DNA from: Chloroflexota bacterium
GTDB lineage: Bacteria > Chloroflexota > Anaerolineae > DTLA01
Length of the DNA: 64,000 nucleotides
Direction: 5' to 3'
NCBI GenBank assembly: GCA_014874485.1
Contig: JADBJK010000011.1
Span: 144,328-208,327 of the forward strand
The notes under the pieces were generated by a model. That model was not told the origin of the DNA. It ran no database searches and was given only the letters and a program-made list of their open reading frames with translations. Position numbers and translations under genes: made by a program. Positions 8,764-18,632 of the stretch are shown piece by piece (the stretch's first letter is position 1; every line of letters starts with the position of its first letter).

Positions 8764-9623
8764 AACCCCTCGGGCAGCGCGGCCACGGGCGCAAACGCAA
8801 CGCCCACCAGGCCGGGGCCCGTGTGCGCGCCCAGCACCGGCGCGATGGGGCCTGTCGGCAGCCACTCGCAGGCGAACAGCGAGTCCAGCCGCTCCCGCAA
8901 CTGGGCAGCACCCTCGGGGTTCGCGCCGTGCAGCACCTGCACGCGCAGCGCCGTGCCAGGGGCGTACTGCTCGGCCACCAGGTCTGCAAGCCGCGAAATC
9001 GCGCCGCGGAGCGTGCGGGCAGAGCCGCGCTGGGCGTATATCCCCTGCTCCTTCTCCACGCCGATCAGTGGCTTGATGTTGAGCACCGAACCCAGCAGGC
9101 CCTTCAGGTGGCTGATGCGCCCGCCGTGAATCAGGTAGCGCAGCGTCGCCAGCGTGTACAGCGTATCCGTGGCGGCGCGCACGCGGTCCACCAGCGCCAG
9201 AACGCGCTCCTTCGCCCATCCGGCCTTCACGGCCTTCGCCGCTGCCTCCACCTGCCACCCCAGCGCGCCCGAGAGCGTCTTGCTGTCCACGACGGTAACG
9301 TTGGCCTCGGGCACCATCTGCGCGCCCAGCCGCGCGGCGTTCACCGTCCCGCTCAGCCCCGACGAGATGTGAATGGACAGAATGTCGGGGTCCGACTTCG
9401 CCAGCCTTCGGTACAACTCGGCGAAGACGCCGGGCGAAGGTTGCGACGTGGTCGGGAAGCCGCCGTCGGCCTCCAACAGGGCGTAGAACTCGTCGGGCTG
9501 GATGTCCTCGCCCGAACGATACGATTTGCCGCCCAGCGTGAAGGTCAGCGGTACGAAGTGGATGTCCAAATCCTTCATTTGCTCGGGCGAGAGGTCCATC
9601 CCGCGGTCGGTTACAATTTGCAC
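8760..9623 (-). CDS. DegV family fatty-acid-binding protein
   Basis: PTTSQPSPG, HISSGLSGT, GGRI, IKPLI, LGAHTGPG. GTG start with AAGGAG RBS. Confidence 0.93.
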   Translation of the reverse strand: MQIVTDRGMDLSPEQMKDLDIHFVPLTFTLGGKSYRSGEDIQPDEFYALLEADGGFPTTSQPSPGVFAELYRRLAKSDPDILSIHISSGLSGTVNAARLGAQMVPEANVTVVDSKTLSGALGWQVEAAAKAVKAGWAKERVLALVDRVRAATDTLYTLATLRYLIHGGRISHLKGLLGSVLNIKPLIGVEKEQGIYAQRGSARTLRGAISRLADLVAEQYAPGTALRVQVLHGANPEGAAQLRERLDSLFACEWLPTGPIAPVLGAHTGPGLVGVAFAPVAALPEGF

Positions 9624-9836
9624 AGGAAAATCTCCTTGATCGGTTTTGCAGCAGGGGATTCGCACGGGGGCAATCAAAACCCATCCGGTTCGCTGCCGGA
9701 TGGGCGTCAACTGCTGGTAAGGCCAAGTCTCTGCCGCTGTACTCCCATGATACACCCAAACCGCCGAAACTCAAAATCCGCCGAAGGCAAGAGAGCGGGT
9801 TGTTGACGCCGCGCCGATTCATGCTATACTATGGGC

Positions 9837-10508
9837 ATGGAAAACATCCAGTCCCTGCTCGGAAGCGATAGGCAACCCGACACGCGCACCTACTGGGGCA
9901 AGATCTCCGCCGACGACCTTGCCCGCGCCCTCGTGGCCCACTTCAACACGCCCAACTCGCGCGCCCAGATGACCGGCGACGGCACCCGCATCCTGGTGCA
10001 AATCGCCAACCGCCAGGTGGAGTATTCGGACCCCACCACGGCCCTCACCGTGGGCATCGTGCAGGACTCGGACAGCATCACCGTTACGATGGGGCGGCAG
10101 AAGTGGATCGGCATCGCCGCCGACCTGGCCCGCACCGGCATCATGGCGCTCATCAACCCTTGGTACCTGCTGAACGAACTGGACAACGTGGCGCGCAACG
10201 TGGACTGGCTCAGCCTGCGCGACCAGGTGTGGGCGGTCATTGACCAGTACTGCCAGTCGGTCGGCGGGAGTTTGGGCATCCCCGAGGAACTCAAGCAGGT
10301 GGTGTGCCCGTACTGCGGCGTGGGCAACCCCATCGGCCAGCCCAAGTGCTCGGCGTGCGGCGCGCCCCTGGGCGAATATCAGCCCATCACCTGCCCCAAG
10401 TGCGGCTACCTGCTCCCCTGGAACAAGCGATTCTGCACCCGCTGCGGGGCATCCCTCACCGGCGACAAACCCGCCCAGCGCAGGCCCAAGCGCTCGTCGC
10501 TCATCTAG
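9837..10508 (+). CDS. Double zinc-ribbon domain protein (probably leaderless mRNA)
   Basis: Four CxxC pairs at the C-terminus; TTGACG-16-TATACT promoter ends 7 nt before ATG 9837. Confidence 0.8.
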   Translation: MENIQSLLGSDRQPDTRTYWGKISADDLARALVAHFNTPNSRAQMTGDGTRILVQIANRQVEYSDPTTALTVGIVQDSDSITVTMGRQKWIGIAADLARTGIMALINPWYLLNELDNVARNVDWLSLRDQVWAVIDQYCQSVGGSLGIPEELKQVVCPYCGVGNPIGQPKCSACGAPLGEYQPITCPKCGYLLPWNKRFCTRCGASLTGDKPAQRRPKRSSLI

Positions 10509-10905
10509 TACCGTACCACAGGGATTCTTGATGGTTTGTCATTGCGAGGACGTGCGGCGCCCGTAGGGACAATTCATGAATTGTCCCTACTGAGGCGCGG
10601 AGCGCCGAAGAATCTCGTCAACCGAGATGCTTCGCTTCGCTCAGCATGACAGAGCCATATCGTCATTCTGAGGCGCGGAGCGCCGAAGAATCTCGTCAAC
10701 CGAGATGCTTCGCTTCGCTCAGCATGACAGAGCCATATCGTCATTCTGAGGCGCGGAGCGCCGAAGAATCTCGTCAACCGAGATGCTTCGCTTCGCTCAG
10801 CATGACAGAGCCATATCGTCATTCTGAGGCGCGGAGCGCCGAAGAATCTCGTCAACCGAGATGCTTCGCTTCGCTCGCAATGACAGGTGGGGTGTCATAG
10901 CGAGG
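10505..10905. mobile_element. MITE-like element with four 78-bp tandem palindromic units
   Basis: Begins CTAGTACCGTACCACAGGGATTCTTGATGG at the upstream stop codon; 28-bp palindrome at 10563. Confidence 0.75.
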
Positions 10906-10946
10906 GCGTGGCAACTGGGCAGCCGGGCGTCCGGGGCGGCGTGGGC

Positions 10947-13115
10947 CTACCGGTAGGCAATCACCAGCGCCGGGCCCTTCCCCGCCACATTCCGCGACGC
11001 GAACTCGTACACGTTGCTGGAGCCAGCCGTGTACACCAGGATCAGCCCGTGGTTCGGCGTGCCGGTGGCCCAAGCCTGCACCGCAGAGGTTACGCTCACG
11101 GCCACCCACGCGTTGACAACTCCCAGTGAGGCCGTCCCGTCCGCCGTCGCCTCCACATCCGACGGGTCGGTGGCTCCCGCTCCTGCCCAGGGCACCGCCC
11201 ACGTTACGGTCATCTCCTCCCACGCCCGTTTCAGCCGGTACGCGCTTAGCGTGCCCGTGCTGGTGTTGGAGCGGGCCGACACGTAGAGCCGCAACTCGGC
11301 GCTGACGATGCTGCGGCCCATGATCTCCGCAGGCAGGTTGAACATCAGCAGGGCCTTCTGGACTCCGCCCGTGCGCACCTTGAGAGTGCTGTCGTTGCCG
11401 TGATTGGCAGGCGGGCTATCCCATGCATTGATCCACGAATCCGCGGCGGGCTGAACGGTGAGCGTAACCGGCTCGGGCAGGAGCGCGCGCCAGTCGGTGA
11501 AGACGATGGGGAGCCAGAGCACCCCACGTGCCCCGGGCACCCACGTGGGCGACGGGCCGGGCGTATTCGTGGGACGGCGCGTGGGCGTGGTCGTCGGCGT
11601 GAGCGTTGCTGTAGGCGTGCGGGTAGCGGTGGGCGTCCGCGTCGGTGTGGATGTCGGAGTCGGCGTCGTCGTCGGCGTATGCGTGGGCGTGGGCGACAGG
11701 GGGTAAATGTACGTAACGCCCGCCTGGTCATCGTCGGTCAACGTGCGCTTCTTCGTCTCGCCTTTTCCTGTAAACCCGTACATCGTCTTCTCGGCGTCCG
11801 CGGCCCCCACGAGGCTATCCAAACCGAGCATGAAGCCCATCCCCCACGCCGCGAGACTCTCCACATCGTAACGGTTTGCGCTGCCATCGGTGCCCCACGT
11901 GAACGCCCAATCGTTGAACATGAAATCCGATTCCACGATCTCGTATGGGTTATCGTGAATCCACCAGCGATACCCAGCAGCGAGAAAGCGGTCGGAGATG
12001 AGCGAAGGTGAGTCTGCCCACGAAGCCACGTTCTGGCCATCCTGCGCAAGGCCAACAAGCGTGGTCGTCCCTCCGAAACGGTACTGGAAGTTCGCCGTCG
12101 GGACGCTGCTCCACGTGCTCATCGCACGCCGCACGGCTTCCAGTTCCCCATCGCAGTCGGCGGTGTTGGGATTGATCAGCACGGGCTCCGACATAGGTTG
12201 GGGATACGTACCCTTCGGCCAGCGCCCCCCGCAGAAGCAGTACATCACGTTGAAATCCTTTGTGTTGCTGGTTCCATTCGCGTTCACGACGCGCACAGGG
12301 CCGCTGGACGCTCAGCCCGGCACGCGCACCCGGATGAGCGTGTCGCTCCAGAAGTCCACGCAGCCGGGCACCCAATAGTTGTAACCGCCGAAAAACTCCA
12401 CCCGGCCGGTCCCCTGTACTGCGCCAAAGTTGCTCCCTGAGATCGTAACGAGGGTGGAGTCCATAGCACACCCGATGCCCTCCTCGTCGTAGCGCAGCCG
12501 ATCCCAGTGCGACGCGCCTTTGGTTGGCGAGATGCTGGCAATGGAAGGCGCGGCTGCGGACACCGCCGAGGCTTCCACTTGCGCCTCGCGCCACAACCCA
12601 GCAGGGACACGGATGCCGGGCGCTCCCGCGATGCGCATCAGGAACGTGATCAGCGGCGTAGGTTCAAACCCCTCACGGGACACTTGGCCGTCCGCCAGGT
12701 AGAAGCGGCCCTGAAACCCGCCCACCGTACCGTCGGGCGTGTCGTCCAGGAACAGGAGGACGCGCTGGCCCACGCCGAACGTGGGCATGCCCGACACAGT
12801 GAGGCCCAGGCCGTCCACCTTCCCACCCTGCACCTCAAAAAGGAGCGTGTCCCCCGCCGTCCCCTTCAGCACATGCTCCACGTCCACGGTAACCGTGGTC
12901 AGGATGAGCGTGTGCGCCGGATTCCAATGCGAGCGCAACGCGGATACCGTGCCGACGACCGCCGTCTGACTGAGGCCGGCGATTTCCTGCAAGGACAGCG
13001 CCAGCCCCTGCGCTAGAACCGGATGCGGCAGCGTGAGGAAGATCAGCACAACGAGGACAACTGCGGTGAGGAACCCTTGCCGTGAACGAATCGCCCGGCC
13101 CGCCTGAATCGCCAT
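10947..13115 (-). pseudogene. Secreted multidomain protein (IPT/TIG, matrixin-like, PT linker, DNRLRE-like) with in-frame TGA at 12312-12314; pseudogene or recoded
   Basis: ORFs 12312-13115 and 10947-12296 are in the same frame: WSDTLIRVRVPG*ASSGPVRVVNANGTSN. AGGAGG RBS and signal peptide. Confidence 0.75.
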
Positions 13116-13427
13116 GGTACACCTCCTGCCGTGCAGACCTGCCGGGTGGGCCGTCGCTTTGCCGGGAGTCTGTGGTCTGCGGTCTGGGTATTGACCACCG
13201 CCTCCCGCTGTGGCCTGATCGGTACGGTCTGCGCCTCGCACCGTGCAACAACCACTGGTTGCGAACTCTCGCCGACAGTGTACCGAACCCGACTGACACC
13301 AGACTGACAGTAGGCAATGGCCCTGTGCGGGGGAAGCAATCGGCCCGCGTGGCGCCCTTCGCCGGGCGAAGCGCCGCGCGGCGGGCATGACAAGAACTCC
13401 GCCGAGCGGCTGCACCGCAGAGCAGCG

Positions 13428-14195
13428 CTACATCTCCGCGCACGCCTCGGCGGCGAGCCAGAACAGGGTCTCGCGCACCGTAGTCCGCTGGTGCCAGCCC
13501 CGCGGATCCCACTCAAGGCCGCTCACGTCGTCGCCGCCGTACAGGATTTGCGCGAAGGGCACGCCGCGAAATTGCGCCACGGCGAAGAAGGCCGCCGCTT
13601 CCATCTCCACCGTGAGGCAGCCCTCGGCGCGGCGCAGGCGCACCTTGTCGGGCGTCTCGCGGTAGGGCGCGTCGGTCGTCCACGTCTTGCCGACCAGGTA
13701 GGGGATGCCGCGCCGTTGCAGCACCCGCTCAACGGCGGCGACGGCTTCGGGGCTGGCGGCAACCTCCCGCGCGGGCGCGAGATAGTGGTACGACGTCCCT
13801 TCGTCGCGCACGGCGGACGTGGGCACGACCAGATGGCCCGCGGCGATGTCGCGCCGCAGCACGCCCGCCCCGCCGCACGCGATGAACTTGCGGCAACCCA
13901 TGGCGATGACCGCTTCCAGCAGGCCCGCGCCCAACGCCGCACCGACGCCGGGCTGGAACGCGGCCACGCGCACGCCGTTCACCTCCACGACATACACGGG
14001 AATCTCGCCGATCTCGCTCCGCAGGCTGGCGACGCGCTGAGCCTGCCCGCCCTGCTCCAGGCCGACAAGCACCTCGCGGAAGAAGCACAGCACGCACCGC
14101 TCGGGCACATCGGCGGGCTTCACCACCTGGCTCGGGTGAATCACCGCGTCGCGCGCGGGGTCAAACTCCAGGATGGGGTATCGCTCGCGCCTCAT
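13428..14195 (-). CDS. Nucleoside phosphorylase (PNP/UDP family)
   Basis: AVRDEGTSYHY, TWTTDAPYRET, VEMEAAA. Confidence 0.92.
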   Translation of the reverse strand: MRRERYPILEFDPARDAVIHPSQVVKPADVPERCVLCFFREVLVGLEQGGQAQRVASLRSEIGEIPVYVVEVNGVRVAAFQPGVGAALGAGLLEAVIAMGCRKFIACGGAGVLRRDIAAGHLVVPTSAVRDEGTSYHYLAPAREVAASPEAVAAVERVLQRRGIPYLVGKTWTTDAPYRETPDKVRLRRAEGCLTVEMEAAAFFAVAQFRGVPFAQILYGGDDVSGLEWDPRGWHQRTTVRETLFWLAAEACAEM

Positions 14196-14299
14196 TCGCA
14201 TACTCCCTGGCGCGCGGTTCACCGCAGAGACGCGGAGACCGCAGAGGTTCTATCGTTTTTCCCGCGTTCTCTGCGGCCTGCGCGGTGAGTTGACGCTCG

Positions 14300-14446
14300 C
14301 TCTCCACGTCGCCCGCCGAACTCAATACTGCCTCCCAGCGGGCCATAGAAGGCCTTGCCACCAAGCGGGTCATATCCCTCAAAGACGAAGGTTCGGTCAT
14401 CCCGACGGAACACGCAGATGGCGATGGGGCGGATCGCGTTCATCAC
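14300..14446 (-). pseudogene. Truncated NUDIX hydrolase N-terminus
   Basis: MNAIRPIAICVFRR..EGYDP..FYGPLGGSIEFG, then loses the Nudix box and runs into a palindromic repeat. Confidence 0.65.
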
Positions 14447-15624
14447 TACAGCAGTCCGAGTTCCCGATGCTTCGCCGCGATGGTATCCGCCAGCACCGTC
14501 AGCGCCGCGAAGTCCGCTTCGCGTGGGTGGCCCTTACAGTACACGGGCGGAAGGATTTCGGCCTTCAGGTTGGGGATCATCCCCGCAATTGTCTCCACCG
14601 CCTTGGTACCCCAGCCGTAGGAACCGATGACCGTCGCAAACTTCACCTGCGGGCGGATAGCATTGGCGAGGTAGGCCGCGTACACGGCGGCGGGGTGCGG
14701 CCCGACCAGCACCGTGGGCGTCCCAAGCACCAGCGTGGCGGCGTCCACCAGTGCCATAGCCAGTTTCCCGATGTCGGTAACCGGCAGGCTGAACTGCTCC
14801 ACGCGCACGCCCCGCTCGGCCAGCGCGCCGACAAGGAACGTCGCCATCTTCTCGGTGCTGCCGTGCATGGAGACATAGGCCACGACGGCGACATTCTTCG
14901 GCCCGCCCGAAACCCATTCGTCGTAGGCGTCCACGATGAGCGCGGGCCTGCCGTACACGGGACCATGGCTCGGCGCGATGGCTGCGATGTCCAGCGCTCT
15001 CACCTTCTCCAGGTTCTTGGCAATGGCCGCGCGGAACGGCATCATGATCTCGGCGAAGTAGCGCTTGGCCGCCTCCACGACGCGCCCCTCGTCGGTCGCG
15101 TACAGGTCCGTCGTCGCGATATGCGAGCCGAAGAAGTCGCACGAGAACAAAATGCGCTCCTCGGGCACGTGGGTAACCATCGTTTCCGGCCAGTGCACCC
15201 AAGGCGCGTGGATGAAGCGCAGCGTCCGGTCGCCCAGCGACAGCGTCTCGCCGTCGGCCACGGTGATGAACTTCTCCCCAGGAATCAGGAGCAAGTCAAT
15301 GAGCATGTCCTTGCCCTTGGGCGTGGCTACGACCCGGGCATCGGGGTACTTCTCCAACACGGCGGGGATGGAACCCGAGTGGTCCTGCTCGGCATGGTGA
15401 GCGACGAGATAGTCCACCTTGGGCACGTCGGCCAACTGCGCCATGAGGACATCGGTCATGGCCGGGTCTACGGTGTCCAGCACCGCGGTCTTCTCGCTGC
15501 CCCGCACGAGGTAGGCGTTGTAACTCGTGCCATCGGGGAGCGGAATCAGGGAATCAAACAGCCGTCTGTTCCAATCCACCGCCCCCAGCCAACTGACCCT
15601 GTCGCTGATGCGTCGCGCTTTCAT
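14446..15624 (-). CDS. fprA: FprA family flavodiiron protein
   Basis: GTSYNAYL, HAEQDHSG, HWPE, APSHG, flavodoxin SMHGST. Confidence 0.95.
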   Translation of the reverse strand: MKARRISDRVSWLGAVDWNRRLFDSLIPLPDGTSYNAYLVRGSEKTAVLDTVDPAMTDVLMAQLADVPKVDYLVAHHAEQDHSGSIPAVLEKYPDARVVATPKGKDMLIDLLLIPGEKFITVADGETLSLGDRTLRFIHAPWVHWPETMVTHVPEERILFSCDFFGSHIATTDLYATDEGRVVEAAKRYFAEIMMPFRAAIAKNLEKVRALDIAAIAPSHGPVYGRPALIVDAYDEWVSGGPKNVAVVAYVSMHGSTEKMATFLVGALAERGVRVEQFSLPVTDIGKLAMALVDAATLVLGTPTVLVGPHPAAVYAAYLANAIRPQVKFATVIGSYGWGTKAVETIAGMIPNLKAEILPPVYCKGHPREADFAALTVLADTIAAKHRELGLL

Positions 15625-15648
15625 CGCGCAACCTCCTTTCCTGCGATT

Positions 15649-16011
15649 CTACTTCTTCCCGAAGAACATCTGCGCCGCGACGATGAGCAGGTACACGGCG
15701 AACACCTTGCGCAGCACCGCATCGGGGATGCCCACGGCGACCCGCGCGCCAAGCAGCCCGCCGAGGAAGAACCCCAGCACGATGAAAACCGCCGCGCGTA
15801 AATCCACAAACCCCTGCTTGTAGTACGTCCACGCCGCCAGGATGCCGATGGGCGGGACCATGAGGGCCAGCGTCGTCCCCTGAGCCTTGTGCTGGGTGAA
15901 GCCGAACAGGAACACCAGCGCGGGGATGATAATGGTTCCGCCGCCGATTCCCACCACCCCGCTCAGCACGCCGGCGATGAGGCCAAGCAGCATGTACAGC
16001 AGGACTTGCAT
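15649..16011 (-). CDS. Half-size TauE/SafE sulfite exporter family protein
   Basis: GVVGIGGG, HKAQGTTLA; four TM segments. Confidence 0.88.
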   Translation of the reverse strand: MQVLLYMLLGLIAGVLSGVVGIGGGTIIIPALVFLFGFTQHKAQGTTLALMVPPIGILAAWTYYKQGFVDLRAAVFIVLGFFLGGLLGARVAVGIPDAVLRKVFAVYLLIVAAQMFFGKK

Positions 16012-16375
16012 AGTCGGCACTCTCCGCAAAACAGGTTTGCCCGACATTCTACCACCGCGCGGGAAAGACGCCAAAGGGGAGCCGCGAAGAGGACTCGGTT
16101 CCACCCCCTGCTGGTGAACTATGCGCACCCTGCGGCCTTCCACCGTCCAAACCGCCACGGCATGCGGGGGCAACGACTTAGAACACGAAACCCGCGAAGG
16201 GCCGCCCCTTTCGCGCCCTTCGCGCTCCAAACCACCCACACGTCCCCAGCCCCGCAGGGGCTTCGCCCTTTCAGCGCGGGGGTTCAACCCCGCGCGGCCA
16301 TGCCCCAGGGGACGCGCCCGAAATGCCCCGATTGCCCCTCTGCGTTCTCTGTGTCTCCGCGGTGAGGACCAAGCC

Positions 16376-17557
16376 CTACCCGTGCGTTCGCCGCAGCAGG
16401 GTGTGGACGAGCGACGGCTGCGGCGGGCCCAACTTCCCGCCCGGCCGCAGGGTGTACTGCTGCCCGCGCCACTGGATGGATCGCCCCACGCCGCCCGCCA
16501 CCCACACCGCGGCGGTGAGGCCATCGCGCAGGGGCAGAAGCCCCAGGTTGCGGCGCGTCGTCTCGTCGCCGGTGTACCCCGACACCTGCCACGCCACCCA
16601 CCACCGAATCAGGAGCGAGGCGACGAGAATCCACGAGAACGGCGCGGCAAAGCCCTTCGCCAGAGCGAGGCCCAGCGCCAGCGGCACGGCTAGGGTTACC
16701 AGGAGCGCGGGATACTCCAGCGGGCGGCTGACGCGATTGCACCGCGCCCAACGGACCTCGCGGTGCCACTGGTCGCGGAACGTGGTCTTGCCCAGCACCG
16801 CGCGCGGGATGTAGTCCGACAGGACGACGCGCCCTCCGTCCCGCGACAACTGGTGCCCCAACTGGAAGTCGTCGGCCAGGTAGTCGGCCAGGGCGCGGAA
16901 CCCGCCGATGCGCTCCAGGTCGGCGGCGCGCAATGCGTCGGTCGCGCCCGTGGCGAAGCGCATGTTCAGATAGCGCCGCGCCACCATCACCATCGGCAGG
17001 AACGTCGCGCCCATGTACAGGGCCTCCAGCCGCGCCGTGAGGGTTACCGCCCTGTCGCCCACGTAGGCACAGGTTACCAGCGCCACCGCGGGGTCCTCCA
17101 GCGGGGCCACCACGCGCCGCAGGTAATCGGGCCCCACCCGCATATCGCTGTCGGCGACGACCAGAACGGGATGACGCGCCTGCCCTGCCAGCGCGTGCAG
17201 GATGCTGACCTTGTTGTTGTACCCAATCGGCTCGGCCACGACGAGGCGCACCCGTTGCGGGTACTCGCGCTGGAGCCGTGCGGCCAGGCTGACCGCCGGA
17301 TCGTCCGGGTCCAGCACGCCGATGAGCACCTCGTACTCCGGATAGTCCTGGCGCACGAAACTCAGCAGGCATTCGTAGGCATCGGGGTCCACGCCCTTGA
17401 TGGGCTTCAGGATGGACACGGGCGGCGTGTATGGACGTTGGCCATCGCCGGTGCGCGAGGGGGACTGCGCCTGGTGGAAGAAGTCATACGTGCACAGCCA
17501 GGCCACCAGCCAGAAGGCCCAACTCATCACGATGAGGAGCAGGAGCGCGGATGTCAT
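16376..17557 (-). CDS. hpnI: HpnI-like / ceramide glucosyltransferase family GT2
   Basis: PPVSILKP, NNKV, ADSD, LADDFQLG, RW motif. Confidence 0.85.
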   Translation of the reverse strand: MTSALLLLIVMSWAFWLVAWLCTYDFFHQAQSPSRTGDGQRPYTPPVSILKPIKGVDPDAYECLLSFVRQDYPEYEVLIGVLDPDDPAVSLAARLQREYPQRVRLVVAEPIGYNNKVSILHALAGQARHPVLVVADSDMRVGPDYLRRVVAPLEDPAVALVTCAYVGDRAVTLTARLEALYMGATFLPMVMVARRYLNMRFATGATDALRAADLERIGGFRALADYLADDFQLGHQLSRDGGRVVLSDYIPRAVLGKTTFRDQWHREVRWARCNRVSRPLEYPALLVTLAVPLALGLALAKGFAAPFSWILVASLLIRWWVAWQVSGYTGDETTRRNLGLLPLRDGLTAAVWVAGGVGRSIQWRGQQYTLRPGGKLGPPQPSLVHTLLRRTHG

Positions 17558-18453
17558 GGTGCACCTCCCCGCTTCACGACCAGGTCGCGGTACGAGATGA
17601 GCCGCGCGCCCATCTGTTGCACCCGCTCGCGCACGCGCGGGCTGAGGAGCGCGGCCAGGTCGCCTGGGTTGGGGCCGCCGGGTTCGCCCAAATCCCGCTC
17701 CGATGGGTGGCCGTAAATTTCGGCCACACGCACGTGTGGCGGGATGCGCCCCAGCAGATACAGCAGGTACGGTTCCGACAGATGCCCCGTCTGGTACAGC
17801 CCATAAACCCTGTCCGCATGCGCCAGGGGCGACGCAGCCGCGCGAGCCTTGCCCCAGCGCCGCAACGCCGCATAGTACAAATGCCACAGCGTCTTGAGCG
17901 GGCGGCGCGATGCATCGTACCCCAGAGTCAGGCGCAGGTCGTCGTTGGGCAGGCGAAACCCGGGCGCGCCGAAGGTCTCGGCCAGGCGCAGGAAGATGGG
18001 GAACACGGCCGGGTGCATGTGCATGTGGTAGTGCCCGTCGGCATGGGCCAGGGGGAGCCCGGTGGCGGCAAACCGCTCAAACTGGGCCTCCATCTCGCGG
18101 GCCAACTCGGCGCGGGCCACGGCGCTGAACTGGTAGCGGATGCCCAGGCCGTAGGGGTCGGCGGGGAACCGCCCGGCCGCATCGGTGATGTGGGGCAGCG
18201 CGGCGTGGCCGAGCACCGACGGCCCGTCCACCGTTACCACATGCAGGCCCACGGCGAGGGTGGGCGTGCGCCTGGCCAGGTCCACCGCGTGCTCACAAGC
18301 CGCGCCTGCCACCATGAGGCTGGCCGAGGTCAGCACGCCGTCGCGATGGGCGCTCAGGACGGCGCGGTTGATGGCCTCGTCCCGCCCGAAATCGTCAGCG
18401 GTGAAGATGAGGGCAAGCGGCACGGGCCGCATCTGCGCCCCACGTCCGCTCAT
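17554..18453 (-). CDS. hpnK: HpnK-like YdjC/ChbG family deacetylase
   Basis: TADDFG, GVLTSASLMV, VGLH, DGHYHMHMHP; ATGA coupling to hpnI. Confidence 0.85.
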   Translation of the reverse strand: MSGRGAQMRPVPLALIFTADDFGRDEAINRAVLSAHRDGVLTSASLMVAGAACEHAVDLARRTPTLAVGLHVVTVDGPSVLGHAALPHITDAAGRFPADPYGLGIRYQFSAVARAELAREMEAQFERFAATGLPLAHADGHYHMHMHPAVFPIFLRLAETFGAPGFRLPNDDLRLTLGYDASRRPLKTLWHLYYAALRRWGKARAAASPLAHADRVYGLYQTGHLSEPYLLYLLGRIPPHVRVAEIYGHPSERDLGEPGGPNPGDLAALLSPRVRERVQQMGARLISYRDLVVKRGGAP

Positions 18454-18632
18454 GGAACTCGCTCCCCTCGCTGTGCCAAACACGGATTCGCAAGCCTATG
18501 ATAGCATAGCCTGGGCGTTCAGGAAAATCGCCCACGGTTGGCCCGGCTTGGCCGTCGCAATGGTGAGTGCGTCGCGTCCAAGAGCCACGCCGCTCTGCGG
18601 AGGGGCCGATTCCGCCGAGAAACGCAGCCACA

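Noticed and set aside
10591..10885. Possible CRISPR array (regular repeats; also 8185-8700, 23940-24300)
   Set aside because: Whole units including the would-be spacers are identical, so there are no unique spacers; no cas genes are present.
13130..13330. Cyclic-di-GMP riboswitch upstream of the matrixin-like gene
   Set aside because: Only a GCAAAG fragment is present; the GNRA stem and the P1/P2 architecture were not found.
16060..16130. T-box-like GGTGGAACC upstream of tauE
   Set aside because: No stem I or specifier loop, and no matching antiterminator/terminator pair.
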